Shown here: in pieces, positions 8,291-17,265 of the stretch
Position numbering within the stretch: the stretch's first letter is position 1
How the letters are laid out: each line of letters starts with the position of its first letter
Assembly: GCA_016213665.1 (NCBI GenBank)
Contig: JACQZX010000035.1
Coordinates: 1,037 to 65,036 of the forward strand
Origin: Actinomycetota bacterium
GTDB lineage: Bacteria > Actinomycetota > Acidimicrobiia > Acidimicrobiales > Ilumatobacteraceae
Reading direction: 5' to 3'
Length of the DNA: 64,000 bases
Program-made: the position numbers and the translations under genes
The notes under the pieces: model-generated
The model's database searches: none
Told to the model about the DNA's origin: nothing
The model's input: the letters and a program-made list of their open reading frames with translations, nothing else

Positions 8291-8515
8291 GTGTCCCTGT
8301 TGATTGAACCGCGGCCGTCGCGTCGAGCTGGTGCCAGCCGCGACCTGCTCGACGAGTGGGAAGCCAACGCGTACGCGGTGCGCCGCCACCACCTCGCAAC
8401 CGCGGCGAACACTCGTTTCGACGACGACCTTCCCCAGCAACCGTGGCGACACATAGCCGAAACTCGCGCAGCGCTCCACGCCCTCTCGTCTGGCACAGTT
8501 TGGGCCACAATATGA
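8291..8515 (+). CDS. Hypothetical protein (74 aa)
   Basis: GTG start. The stop overlaps the next ATG as ATGA (8512-8515). No domain recognised. Confidence 0.3.
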   Translation: MSLLIEPRPSRRAGASRDLLDEWEANAYAVRRHHLATAANTRFDDDLPQQPWRHIAETRAALHALSSGTVWATI

Positions 8516-9117
8516 ACGGCGCTCTGCTTGTGGCGTCGATCGCGACCGCCCTGTTCACGGCAGTACTCGCGTGGGTGACTTGGCAGCTTGTCAAATCCAC
8601 GAAGGAGATGGCCGACGCATCGAAGCTGATGGTGCGCGTCACGCAGGACGCCGCACCTCGGCCCGCCCTCGTTCCGTACCTGTTCATCTACGCCGACAAC
8701 GTCTTCCTCGATCTGCTCAACGCCGGCGACGGCGCAGCGATCGATGTCGACATCAAGATCACGTGGAACCGTCGGGACGACGCCGTGACGGTACTCCGGT
8801 CGAGCGAGACCCGCTGGCGTGCGTCCGTCCTTCCCGCCGGGAAGCGCGTGCGATTCAACCCCAAGGTGGGCGGCGAGGGTTGGCTTACCGTCAAAGCACT
8901 CGGTGTCCTAGAAAGCGTGACCGTCGTCGGCACGATGAAGGATGCGCGTGGGGACGGGCTCACGGTCAACGCGTCGATCGACGAGCCGGGCAAGCTGCAC
9001 GACTTCGAGGTCGAAGCACAACGCCAATACCCGTCGAACTACGAACCCGACGAAATCGTCGCGGCGTCACTCCAGAAGATCGCCAACGTCATCGAGAAGC
9101 GACTCCCTCAGAGCTGA
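8512..9117 (+). CDS. N-terminally membrane-anchored hypothetical protein (201 aa)
   Basis: One N-terminal TM helix (LLVASIATALFTAVLAWVTWQLV) is followed by a beta-rich soluble domain (LLNAGDGAAIDVDIKITW...). No family recognised. Confidence 0.5.
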   Translation: MNGALLVASIATALFTAVLAWVTWQLVKSTKEMADASKLMVRVTQDAAPRPALVPYLFIYADNVFLDLLNAGDGAAIDVDIKITWNRRDDAVTVLRSSETRWRASVLPAGKRVRFNPKVGGEGWLTVKALGVLESVTVVGTMKDARGDGLTVNASIDEPGKLHDFEVEAQRQYPSNYEPDEIVAASLQKIANVIEKRLPQS

Positions 9118-9123
9118 CGGTTG

Positions 9124-9627
9124 CTACGGAAGCTTGTCGGGGCAGAAGGTCGACAGCGCTAATTCCTGGAAGCTGCCCGCAAAGTCGTCGCCGAGCGTCG
9201 CGATCATGTCCGTCACGTCGCCCGCGCACAACGTCCGGGCGAAAGCCACAGCGTCGATCGCCGAGCCGTCCGACTCGGGCACGCCGATCTGGAAGCGTTC
9301 TATCGCCTCGGCGCGGAACGCGTCTTCGTCGATGCCGTCACCGACGGGCGGCAGCGTTGTCACTCCGAGCTCGATCGCCAGGTCGGTCGTGCAGTAACTC
9401 GCTACGACCCTGTCGATCTCATCGGGCGTCGCCGGCGTTCCCACGGCCAACGACTGGCAGTAGTTCTTGAGATAGCCGAGCGCGGCGTCGTCATTGACGA
9501 ACGCATCAGCGTCAACCGCTCGCCAGTCCTTAAGGAACCGTTCCCGAGTCGATGGCTCGTCTGAAGTGCTGGAGCAACCCGCGAGCGCGGTCAGCGCCAC
9601 GCCGATGAGTACGAAGGTCTTGGTCAT
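9124..9627 (-). CDS. Putative secreted lipoprotein
   Basis: MTKTFVLIGVALTALAGCSS gives a signal peptide plus lipobox. The mature domain contains 4 Cys. It lies inside the element, next to attR. Confidence 0.6.
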   Translation of the reverse strand: MTKTFVLIGVALTALAGCSSTSDEPSTRERFLKDWRAVDADAFVNDDAALGYLKNYCQSLAVGTPATPDEIDRVVASYCTTDLAIELGVTTLPPVGDGIDEDAFRAEAIERFQIGVPESDGSAIDAVAFARTLCAGDVTDMIATLGDDFAGSFQELALSTFCPDKLP

Positions 9628-9785
9628 CGCCAGGACGCTACATGTCGTGGTCGCGACCGTGACACAAGAAAGACACAGCGTGTCGGGAAGTGGCAGGAAA
9701 TAACGGGAACCACGAGGATGCATCGCCGCAGGTAGTCGGCCCTTTCGATGAATCACCGCAGGTCGTCGATGGTGCCTCAATCGTT

Positions 9786-9816
9786 TCCCGCTTACAGGCC
9801 GACTCACTACCGCTAC
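9786..9816. repeat. attR: displaced copy of the rnpB 3' end
   Basis: 31/31 identity with 2146-2176. No rnpB body lies upstream of it. Confidence 0.85.
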
Positions 9817-9930
9817 ATACCCTGGCCTGACCTCCAAGGACGTCGCCGGTCGGTATGTCCGAGGGGGAAGTCGAAACGTTGTACGTTTTGTTTCAGCAGG
9901 TAACCGGCCTGCGAGAGCAGAGGGGAAAGC

Positions 9931-10239
9931 ATGTACACACTTGGGGCAATCTTGTTGTTGGCAGTCTTGTTGGGGGCCGTGGTCGCAGTAATCGACTCGG
10001 TGCTTGACGTTGCCAAGCTCAAGGACGTTGTCGCGAAAATACCAGTGATCGGGGCTCATTGGGGTCTCGGCATCAGCATCCTCATGATCTGGCTTCTCGA
10101 TCTGGCGCCAGCCGCCGGATGGGGAGTCTGGATGAAGGACGACTGGATGAACATTGTGGCCAATGGCGCCATCGTCTACGGGGCTATCCCGTTGAAGGAT
10201 GCCGTCGTGTCAATGGTCAATAAGGGCCTTCGCGCCTAA
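9931..10239 (+). CDS. Small multi-pass membrane protein (102 aa)
   Basis: Three hydrophobic segments are present. An SD-like GAGAGGGGAAAG precedes the ATG. Codon usage is more A/T-rich than in neighbouring genes, and a strong terminator follows. Confidence 0.6.
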   Translation: MYTLGAILLLAVLLGAVVAVIDSVLDVAKLKDVVAKIPVIGAHWGLGISILMIWLLDLAPAAGWGVWMKDDWMNIVANGAIVYGAIPLKDAVVSMVNKGLRA

Positions 10240-10272
10240 CCCAACGACGGCCGCAAACGGCCGGACCGTATT

Positions 10273-10310
10273 GCAGAAGGGGCCACCCGCAAGGTGGCCC
10301 CTTCTGCTTT
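10273..10310 (+). terminator. Intrinsic terminator hairpin
   Basis: A perfect 15-bp stem (gcagaaggggccacc / ggtggccccttctgc) encloses the loop cgcaa and is followed by TTT. Confidence 0.8.
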
Positions 10311-10354
10311 CCCCCGGAAGAGTGCCCCCAAACGGCGAGGCTAAGTTGGCGCCC

Positions 10355-10810
10355 ATGAAATCTGTCGAGCAATACGCCGCCGAATACCGCGACAAGGTCC
10401 AGCTGGAAGTACACGACGAGCAGGTGCTCGCAGTCGGCGTGCTCAGCCGCCCGGGAAGCCTCGGCAGCGTGGCGCTGATGAAGGTCAGCCCACTGGCCGG
10501 GCTGATCAAGAGCCACTCGGGCAAGTCGGCATCGGCAGACCTGCCGCCCAACGTTGTTGTCGCCGCCACCGCCACGCGGGTGCTGTTCTTCGCGTTCAAG
10601 CCGAAGATGACTTCCATTGTCCTCAAAGGTCTCGTGCGTGCACTGCCGCGGGCGGGTTTGCAGCTGACAACCGAGTCAGGTTCGCTGGCGACGCGGGTCA
10701 CGTTCGTGTCAGCCGACGGCTCGTCGTTCCAGCTCGACAGCAATCGCAGCATCGGTCAGTACCAACGACTCAACGACGGCCTGCTGGCCACACTCGGCGC
10801 CACCGCCTAG
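10355..10810 (+). CDS. Hypothetical protein (151 aa)
   Basis: ATG 10355 within a longer ORF; coding-like composition. No domain recognised. Confidence 0.45.
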   Translation: MKSVEQYAAEYRDKVQLEVHDEQVLAVGVLSRPGSLGSVALMKVSPLAGLIKSHSGKSASADLPPNVVVAATATRVLFFAFKPKMTSIVLKGLVRALPRAGLQLTTESGSLATRVTFVSADGSSFQLDSNRSIGQYQRLNDGLLATLGATA

Positions 10811-10919
10811 CCGAAGCGAGATCTGGGTGCGTTCCGTTCCGGTTTCCGCAACGAAATAGCCCCAGAAGCCAGTTTGAGACGATTCAGCCCCAGAAACCGG
10901 TGGCGCACGAGACGGTGTG

Positions 10920-11492
10920 TCAGCGCGACGGGGCGACGTTGAAACCGGCGAGAGCAGGCCCTCGGTCTCCGACCGTCAGCGTCGTGATGCGGGCGTGGTC
11001 GACCTGGCTACGCCACACGATGTCGGCGCCGACGCCAAGGGCCCACGCCATGGCCACCTTGATCGGCGTCGCATGCGTCACCACCACTATCACCTGATCG
11101 CGCGCTGCCACCGCCAGTTCATCACATGCCGAGTTCACTCTCGCGGCGAGCGCGCTGAGCGACTCACCACCCTCGGGCGTGAAGTCGGGGCTCGTCATCC
11201 ACCGTCGCAGCACCTCACGCGGCAACTCCGACATCTGCGCCCCATCGAACTCGCCGAAGTCCATCTCCAACCAACGCTCATCAAGTTCCACGTCGACACC
11301 GAACACCGCCGCCGTTTGGCGAGCACGCAACGACGGCGAACTGATCAGGCGATCAATACGCGCAAACGCGGCCGACAGCGCCGCCACCTGCGTCTCGCCG
11401 ACATCGTCGATCGGCAGATCGAGGCGACCCTGCAGGCGGCCGCCGGCGTTGGCCGCGGTGCGGCCGTGGCGCACGAGGTGGATCACGGTCAC
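10920..11492 (-). CDS. Histidine phosphatase family protein (CobC/PhoE-like)
   Basis: VIHLVRHGRTAAN carries the RHG motif, and VVVTHATPIK is present. GTG start overlaps the upstream stop as GTGA. Confidence 0.75.
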   Translation of the reverse strand: MTVIHLVRHGRTAANAGGRLQGRLDLPIDDVGETQVAALSAAFARIDRLISSPSLRARQTAAVFGVDVELDERWLEMDFGEFDGAQMSELPREVLRRWMTSPDFTPEGGESLSALAARVNSACDELAVAARDQVIVVVTHATPIKVAMAWALGVGADIVWRSQVDHARITTLTVGDRGPALAGFNVAPSR

Positions 11493-11998
11493 GCCACCTT
11501 GCCGTCGGTGAGAACGCCCGACCGCAGAAACTCGCGCCGCCGCGTCGGGTCGCCAAGCCCGAAGCGTCGCCCCGCCCAAACCAACATCGCCGCACCCAAG
11601 ACCTCGAGCACCGCGTTCAGCCACCCGCGTTCCAGAGCAGGCACCTCCGTATGCCCCCACGAACCGGCGAATGGCCACCAGAAAACAGCGGTGGCGGTGA
11701 AGGCACCGTCCCAGACGAGATGCAGCATCATGCCGATCGGCAGACCGAGCAATAGCCGACGAATCGGCTTGCGGCCGGCGGTGATCAGCATCACCGCCAT
11801 CAAGGCGGCGACTGCGACGGTGAGGCTGTGTGCCCAGTGGGCGTCACCGCCCGGCACGTCAACGACGTCGGGTAGCAACCCACCGACAAGCAGTAATCTG
11901 TAGTCGAAGCGTGGGTCGGTGAACACGAACCAGACCGACACCAAGGCCGTGCCGAGGAACCACAGGAACACGGCGCTACCGAACCAGCATGCGACCAC
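11489..11998 (-). CDS. Membrane-bound metal-dependent hydrolase (YdjM/DUF457-like)
   Basis: Polytopic membrane protein with conserved His (HWAHSL, MMLHLVWD). Confidence 0.5.
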   Translation of the reverse strand: MVACWFGSAVFLWFLGTALVSVWFVFTDPRFDYRLLLVGGLLPDVVDVPGGDAHWAHSLTVAVAALMAVMLITAGRKPIRRLLLGLPIGMMLHLVWDGAFTATAVFWWPFAGSWGHTEVPALERGWLNAVLEVLGAAMLVWAGRRFGLGDPTRRREFLRSGVLTDGKVA

Positions 11999-12680
11999 AT
12001 TGCGGACACTCGGCGACCTCGCCGGCCGCGACCGACTTCACGCCGTCGAGTTCGGCCGGCGAGAGATCCATGTGACAGCCGCTGCAATGCGACCCCTGCA
12101 AGCGCGCCACCGCGATTCCGTGAAACTGCGTGCGAACATGTTCGTAGCGGCTCAGCTCGTCTGGTGACAATTGCTCGATGGCCGATCGGCGGGCGACTGC
12201 GAGCGCCGCGGCTTCGGCATCGAGCGCCGTCGCTGCCGTCGCCAATGCGGAAGCCGCCGCCGTCAGCTCCGCTTCGCAGTTCGGCAACTCGGCTAGCCGT
12301 GCGGCCAATTCGGCTTGGCCTTCGCCGAACACTTCCAGCGCCGCCAATTCGTCGTCGTCGAGTTCACCGCGTCTGGCGTTGATGGTCGCGATCTCGTGCA
12401 TCAGCGCTTCCGCTTCGCGTGGTGCGATCACGGTCTTCAGTTGCGACTCGAGCCGTGAGCGCTTGGTCGTCAGGTCGGCCGCGGCATGCTCGGCGGCATC
12501 GATGGCCGACTGGGCCGCCGTCACCCGCCGCTCGGCGTCGGCGACTTGCGAGCGCAGCCCTGCGAGCGCGTCGGCCGCCACCTTGTGCACCGCAACCTCG
12601 GGCAGCCGGGGGCGCTTGTTGGCGATTGCGTCGAGTGCGGAATCTATTTCCTGCAATGCGGAGAGCGCAGCAGCATTCAT
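11976..12680 (-). CDS. Coiled-coil protein with C-terminal C4 zinc ribbon (COG1579-type)
   Basis: A long Ala/Glu coiled coil is followed by CSGCHMDLS...CPQCGRMLV. Confidence 0.7.
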   Translation of the reverse strand: MNAAALSALQEIDSALDAIANKRPRLPEVAVHKVAADALAGLRSQVADAERRVTAAQSAIDAAEHAAADLTTKRSRLESQLKTVIAPREAEALMHEIATINARRGELDDDELAALEVFGEGQAELAARLAELPNCEAELTAAASALATAATALDAEAAALAVARRSAIEQLSPDELSRYEHVRTQFHGIAVARLQGSHCSGCHMDLSPAELDGVKSVAAGEVAECPQCGRMLVR

Positions 12681-15007
12681 GGTTTCTCGTCGATGAAATC
12701 GATATCGGTCGGCGGTTTCTCACATAGATACACGAACACCTTCTCCGGGTCGATCGATGGTACCGGAGCACGCGGGTCGAGCACCTCTGGCGGAACCGCC
12801 GTGCCATTGCGCAGTATCTCGACCACCGGGCGGGCGGCGGTTGCCGGCGGGGTCGTGTTTATCGGTGTCGTGTCGCCGACGACCGTCGACGGCGGCTCCG
12901 TTGGCGGTGGCGGTGCCACGGTCGTCGTCGTGTACTCCTCGGCAATCGTTATGCCCGGAATGTCTCCGCTGACCAGTTCGGCCAAGCACTCCTCACGTGG
13001 CACGTAGACCCGCCGCGACTTGCGCGGGTTCTTCGGCGGATCCGGCCAATCGAGCTCAGGTAAGAAGGTATGCGCCGCCTCCATGTATGCACCCCAGATG
13101 CGCGATGGATAGTCGGCGCCTTGCACCTTGCCGCCACGACCCATCTCGGCAGCGAATTCGGGGATTCCCACCATTGGTGTATAGCCGCTCGGATCGCCGA
13201 CCCATACAGCGGTCGTGTACTGCGGCGTACCGCCGACGAACCAGGCGTTGGTGTTGTCGTCCTGCGTCCCGGTCTTGCCGGCCGCAGGGCGAGAAAAGTT
13301 CTTCAGGTTCCGAGCACCTGTGCCCTTGCGAATCACACCCTTCAGCGTTTGGACAGTGGCGTTGGCCACGCCGACGTCGAGCACCTGAGTGCCTGGGTCG
13401 GCATGCGTATAGCTGCGGGCACCGTCGGGGCCGTCGATGTACTCGACGTAGTACGGATCGTGGTGCAAGCCCTGGTTGGTGATGGTCTGCATGCCGGCGG
13501 CCATATCCATCGCCGACATTGCGTTGTTGCCGGTGGCGGTGAGACCGAGAGGAAGGAAGGGCTCGTGCTCGCCTTCGGGTTGGCCCTGATAGAAGTACGT
13601 GGAGTGTGACAGTCGGTAGACGGAATCGACGACGCGGTGGAGCCCGACTGCATAACTCAGCCGAACGAAGCCGCAGTCGGTCGACCGCCAGGTATTCGGC
13701 CCGTTGAACGGTCCCAACACCCCGTACCCGGAGTTCACCGTCTTGGTCGTCTGACGACCATCACGAAAGTCGGGAACCGTACAGGGCCGCACACCGTTGA
13801 TCTCGTCGTTGGGCTGCACACCAGCCTGGTAGGCGGCGGCCAGGATGAAGGCCTTGATGCTCGATCCGGTCTGGCGTGGCACGAGTGCCATGTTGATCTC
13901 CCCTGCCGCCACATCCGAGCGCAACCCGCTGCCGCCCACCATCGCTCGAATCGCGCCAGTCGTGGTGTCGAGTGAAACCACCGCCGCGTCGAACTGGTGA
14001 GCGGGTGTCTCCGGAAGGATGTTGCGCGCACTCTCCGCCACTAACTGCAGCGCCGGATCGAGTGTTGTGTGGATTCGCAACCCGCCGCGGTAGAGCAGGT
14101 TGGCGCGCTCCTGCTCGGTGGCCCCGAGGATGTTCGACTTCGTCAGCAGGTAGTCCCGAAGCGCGACCGTGTAGTACGTCGGCACGGTAGTCAGTGTGGC
14201 GATAGAACGCACCTGGTCGGGTATCGGCCAGGTCGCAATCAACGCTTCGCCCCGAAGCGGCGTCATCAACTCGACGTCGACCAATCGATTGATCACCTGC
14301 TCGAAGCGTCGCTGCGACACCTCCGGCTCGGTGATCGGATCGAGGCTCGACGGCGACCGCACCAAGCCGGCAAGAAAAGCGCCCTCCACCATCGACAGCT
14401 CCGACGCGGACTTGCCGAAGTAGACCTCCGCCGCTGCCTGCAACCCGTAGGCGTTGTTGCCGAAGAAAACCGTGTTGATGTAACGCTCAAGAATCTCGTC
14501 CTTGCTCTTCTCTTTCTCGAGCATCGTGGCGTAGTGAGCCTGCAGCGCCTTGTAGCGCCCATCGCGGGGCAGCCCGGCGAGGAACTCGTTCTTCACGACC
14601 TGTTGCGTGATCGTGCTCGCTCCTTGCGTCGGCGCGTCGCTGGCGAAGTTGGAGAGCAATGCACGGAGGAATCCACGCAGGTTGACTCCGTGGTGGAAGT
14701 AGAACTCGCTGTCCTCGACGGCAAGCAAGGCGTCGATCACTCCACTGGGGACCTGATCGATCTTGATCGGTTGCTGGTTCTCGCGTTCGAACACGGCGAT
14801 CACATTGTCGGCCACGTCATACACCAACGACCGTTGCGACAACGATTGGAACTCGGGAAGCGTGACGGGCAGTTCTTGGTGCGCGTTCGCAATGTGCCAC
14901 AACCGCGGTGCAATGGCCAGCACAACGGCCGTGCTCAGCAGGGCGCCGGCGAGGATGATCGCGACGAAGCGGAGGGGCCAGGCGATGCGGTGCACGTTGC
15001 ACCGCAC
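12677..15007 (-). CDS. Class A penicillin-binding protein (transglycosylase/transpeptidase)
   Basis: Transglycosylase motifs EDSEFYFHHG and GASTITQQ are present. Transpeptidase motifs are SSIK (SxxK) and KTGT. An N-terminal TM anchor and a Pro/Thr-rich C-terminus are present. Confidence 0.9.
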   Translation of the reverse strand: MRCNVHRIAWPLRFVAIILAGALLSTAVVLAIAPRLWHIANAHQELPVTLPEFQSLSQRSLVYDVADNVIAVFERENQQPIKIDQVPSGVIDALLAVEDSEFYFHHGVNLRGFLRALLSNFASDAPTQGASTITQQVVKNEFLAGLPRDGRYKALQAHYATMLEKEKSKDEILERYINTVFFGNNAYGLQAAAEVYFGKSASELSMVEGAFLAGLVRSPSSLDPITEPEVSQRRFEQVINRLVDVELMTPLRGEALIATWPIPDQVRSIATLTTVPTYYTVALRDYLLTKSNILGATEQERANLLYRGGLRIHTTLDPALQLVAESARNILPETPAHQFDAAVVSLDTTTGAIRAMVGGSGLRSDVAAGEINMALVPRQTGSSIKAFILAAAYQAGVQPNDEINGVRPCTVPDFRDGRQTTKTVNSGYGVLGPFNGPNTWRSTDCGFVRLSYAVGLHRVVDSVYRLSHSTYFYQGQPEGEHEPFLPLGLTATGNNAMSAMDMAAGMQTITNQGLHHDPYYVEYIDGPDGARSYTHADPGTQVLDVGVANATVQTLKGVIRKGTGARNLKNFSRPAAGKTGTQDDNTNAWFVGGTPQYTTAVWVGDPSGYTPMVGIPEFAAEMGRGGKVQGADYPSRIWGAYMEAAHTFLPELDWPDPPKNPRKSRRVYVPREECLAELVSGDIPGITIAEEYTTTTVAPPPPTEPPSTVVGDTTPINTTPPATAARPVVEILRNGTAVPPEVLDPRAPVPSIDPEKVFVYLCEKPPTDIDFIDEKP

Positions 15008-15055
15008 GCTAGTTGCGATGTGCCGTGCGCAGGCAGCACCCGTTACCGTTCCCGC

Positions 15056-15994
15056 ATGTCAAAACCACGCCCCTTCCGCTTCGGTATCCAAACGTCGGCC
15101 CCCAAGAGCCGCACCGATTGGGCCGAGCTGGCGCGCCGCGCCGAGGGACAGGGCTTCTCGTGCCTGACGATGCCCGATCACTTCGGCAACCAGATGGCGC
15201 CGATGCCGGCGCTGATGGCGGCGGCCGCAGCAACCGAGAAACTACGGGTTGGTGCGCTCGTGTTCGACAACGACTTCAAGCACCCGGTGGTCCTGGCCAA
15301 GGAGTTGGCGACAATGGATCTGCTGAGCGACGGTCGGCTGGAGATCGGACTCGGCGCCGGTTGGCTGAAGAGCGACTACCAGCAGTCCGGAATTCCGTTC
15401 GACTCCGCCGGCGTGCGCATCGATCGTTTCGTGGAAGCCCTGCACATCATCAAGCGGGCAATGCAACCAGGCAAGTTCTCATTCGGCGGCGACCACTACA
15501 CAATCACCGATTACGAGGGACACCCACAACCGGTGCAGGACAATCCCCCGATAATGATCGGCGGCGGCGGCAAGCGAGTGCTTGCGATCGCCGCGCGAGA
15601 GGCCGACATCGTCGGTATCAACGCCAGCATGCACGCGGGAACCATTGGCCCTGAGACCTTCGCCGACATGACCGCCCGCGCCGTCGACGAGAAGATCGCG
15701 ATTGTTCGCGCCGCGGCCGGTGACCGCCTCAGCGAGATCGAGCTGAGCGTGCCGGCGTTCATGTTCAACGTCACCGACGGCGACGGGGCGCAGGCGCGCA
15801 GTCGTCTTGCCGAGAACCTCAATGTCGATGCGGAGATGTTGCAGACCTCACCGTTCTCACTGATCGGTTCGCCACCCGAGTTGATCGAGAGATTGCTCGA
15901 GCGACGCGAAAGATGGGGCTTCTCGTACGTGATCATCGCCAGCACAGACGTCGAAAAGTTCGCACCGGTCGTGGCCGCCCTCGCCGGCACCTGA
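15056..15994 (+). CDS. LLM-class (luciferase-like, probably F420-dependent) oxidoreductase
   Basis: FRFGIQTS...MPDHF...LEIGLGAGW. ATG 15056; the upstream 330 codons of the 641-aa ORF are antisense to the PBP. Confidence 0.75.
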   Translation: MSKPRPFRFGIQTSAPKSRTDWAELARRAEGQGFSCLTMPDHFGNQMAPMPALMAAAAATEKLRVGALVFDNDFKHPVVLAKELATMDLLSDGRLEIGLGAGWLKSDYQQSGIPFDSAGVRIDRFVEALHIIKRAMQPGKFSFGGDHYTITDYEGHPQPVQDNPPIMIGGGGKRVLAIAAREADIVGINASMHAGTIGPETFADMTARAVDEKIAIVRAAAGDRLSEIELSVPAFMFNVTDGDGAQARSRLAENLNVDAEMLQTSPFSLIGSPPELIERLLERRERWGFSYVIIASTDVEKFAPVVAALAGT

Positions 15995-16020
15995 GCGATC
16001 ATCCGATAGTCGGCGCGCCG

Positions 16021-16054
16021 AAATGCGGGCGCGCCAAGGCGCGCCGAAATTAGC
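16021..16054. terminator. Three GGCGCGCC palindromes between convergent genes (possible bidirectional terminator)
   Basis: GGCGCGCC at 16021, 16037 and 16047. ggcgcgccgaaat is duplicated. Confidence 0.4.
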
Positions 16055-16101
16055 TCGTTGTGGTTGCTACGCCCCGGCCGGTCGCCAGCGGCGTGGGCCG
16101 G

Positions 16102-16302
16102 TCAGAGAGCGCGAACCTTGAGAGCCTCGTCGCCCTTCTTGCCCTGGCCGATTTCGAACTCGACGGTCTGGCCCTCTTCGAGAGAGCGGTAGCCCGAGCC
16201 TTCGATGTTCGAGAAGTGTACGAACACGTCGTCGCCGCCCTCGCGGGCGATGAATCCATAGCCCTTCTGGGCATTGAAAAACTTGACTGTTCCTGTGGTC
16301 AT
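16102..16302 (-). CDS. cspA: Cold-shock protein (CSD)
   Basis: [15 protein letters not shown] ... DVFVHFS are the RNP1/RNP2 motifs. Confidence 0.95.
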   Translation of the reverse strand: MTTGTVKFFNAQKGYGFIAREGGDDVFVHFSNIEGSGYRSLEEGQTVEFEIGQGKKGDEALKVRAL

Positions 16303-16405
16303 TTTGATGTACCTCTAATTCCGAGACGCCCATGTGGCGAATCGGGTATCACGTTAGCCGCGAATGACGGCGATCGGTGCCATGTCTGGCGCAAGTGCCA
16401 GCGCG

Positions 16406-17257
16406 TCACCGCAGTGGATCCGGCGAAATCAACGCCAGCGAGAAAGTCTCCTTGTAGGTCACCCCACCGACGACGGTGTCGGCAAGGGTCTCTTTCGCCA
16501 ACTCCGCGGCAATCAGTAGTCCATGATCGTCGAGAAACCAGTCGAGCGTGATGTGCTCGTGGTATTGGTCTTCGTCGGTCACGGTCATCTGCACGTGCTG
16601 AACGGCGACGTCGGTGCCCTGAACCGTGCGTGTCGTTCGCTCCAGCACTTGCCAGACCGGAAACCAAGGAGCGCCGCCGATCGTGCATGTGAGCGGTGCC
16701 GGCTCCGACGATGTAGTGGCCGGGGGCTCGGCGGCGATGAGCAACACCGAGCGATCACAGGCAAGATCTTCGACCTTTTCCTGACCGAAGAACACGTGGT
16801 ACGCCCCGCCGGTCGGCTGCAGCTCGATTCCCTCTGAGGTGATGCAGAGCCGCCAAACGTCGTGGCGTTCCTTGAGAGCGTCCCACTGCAACTGCACGCC
16901 ACAGTCGGCGGACGTGTATGTGATCGTCGTCTCGTCGGGGTAGACGTGCTCCGCGCCGTCGAGTGCATCGATGCTCTCCCGACCGACTGTGGCATAGCGA
17001 TAGACACCGAGTGCCGGCAGGGTTTGCTGCCGCCGTGCCGTCGTGAGTGGGGCGGTCGTGGTGGTCGTGCCGGGAGCGCTCGGCGCCGAGTCGCGGAAGC
17101 GATCGAGCGCTTCGGCGGTCGTCAACTGATGCGTCACGTCGTTGAGGACCAGTACCCTCACAACCACGAGTGCGGCACCGATCAGGACAACCGCGATCGC
17201 CAGCGCCCACCAACGGCGTCGACGTGTTCGCGAACCCTCGGTCGCCACGGTCGACAC
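16406..17257 (-). CDS. Membrane-anchored hypothetical protein
   Basis: An N-terminal RRRRWWALAIAVVLIGAALVVV anchor is followed by an extracytoplasmic domain. No family recognised. Confidence 0.5.
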   Translation of the reverse strand: MSTVATEGSRTRRRRWWALAIAVVLIGAALVVVRVLVLNDVTHQLTTAEALDRFRDSAPSAPGTTTTTAPLTTARRQQTLPALGVYRYATVGRESIDALDGAEHVYPDETTITYTSADCGVQLQWDALKERHDVWRLCITSEGIELQPTGGAYHVFFGQEKVEDLACDRSVLLIAAEPPATTSSEPAPLTCTIGGAPWFPVWQVLERTTRTVQGTDVAVQHVQMTVTDEDQYHEHITLDWFLDDHGLLIAAELAKETLADTVVGGVTYKETFSLALISPDPLR

Positions 17258-17265
17258 ACTAGCCG

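Larger units (their letters stand above)
2146..9816. mobile_element. 7.64-kb integrative element (satellite / mini-prophage-like) inserted in the rnpB 3' end
   Basis: It is bounded by a perfect 31-bp direct repeat, with a tyrosine integrase adjacent to attL. It carries an Xis-like HTH, a replication helicase, iterons, WhiB and an HK97-type capsid gene. No terminase, portal, tail or conjugation genes were recognised. Confidence 0.8.

Noticed and set aside
2146-9816. The possibility that the element is an actinomycete integrative and conjugative element (AICE).
   Set aside because: I saw no FtsK/SpoIIIE-like Tra protein, no Nudix/Pif and no spread genes. A phage capsid gene is present instead.
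14069-15055. The N-terminal 330 codons of the 641-aa plus-strand ORF.
   Set aside because: This part is antisense to the class A PBP and has no motif. The LLM oxidoreductase homology begins only at MSKPRPFRFGIQ (ATG 15056).
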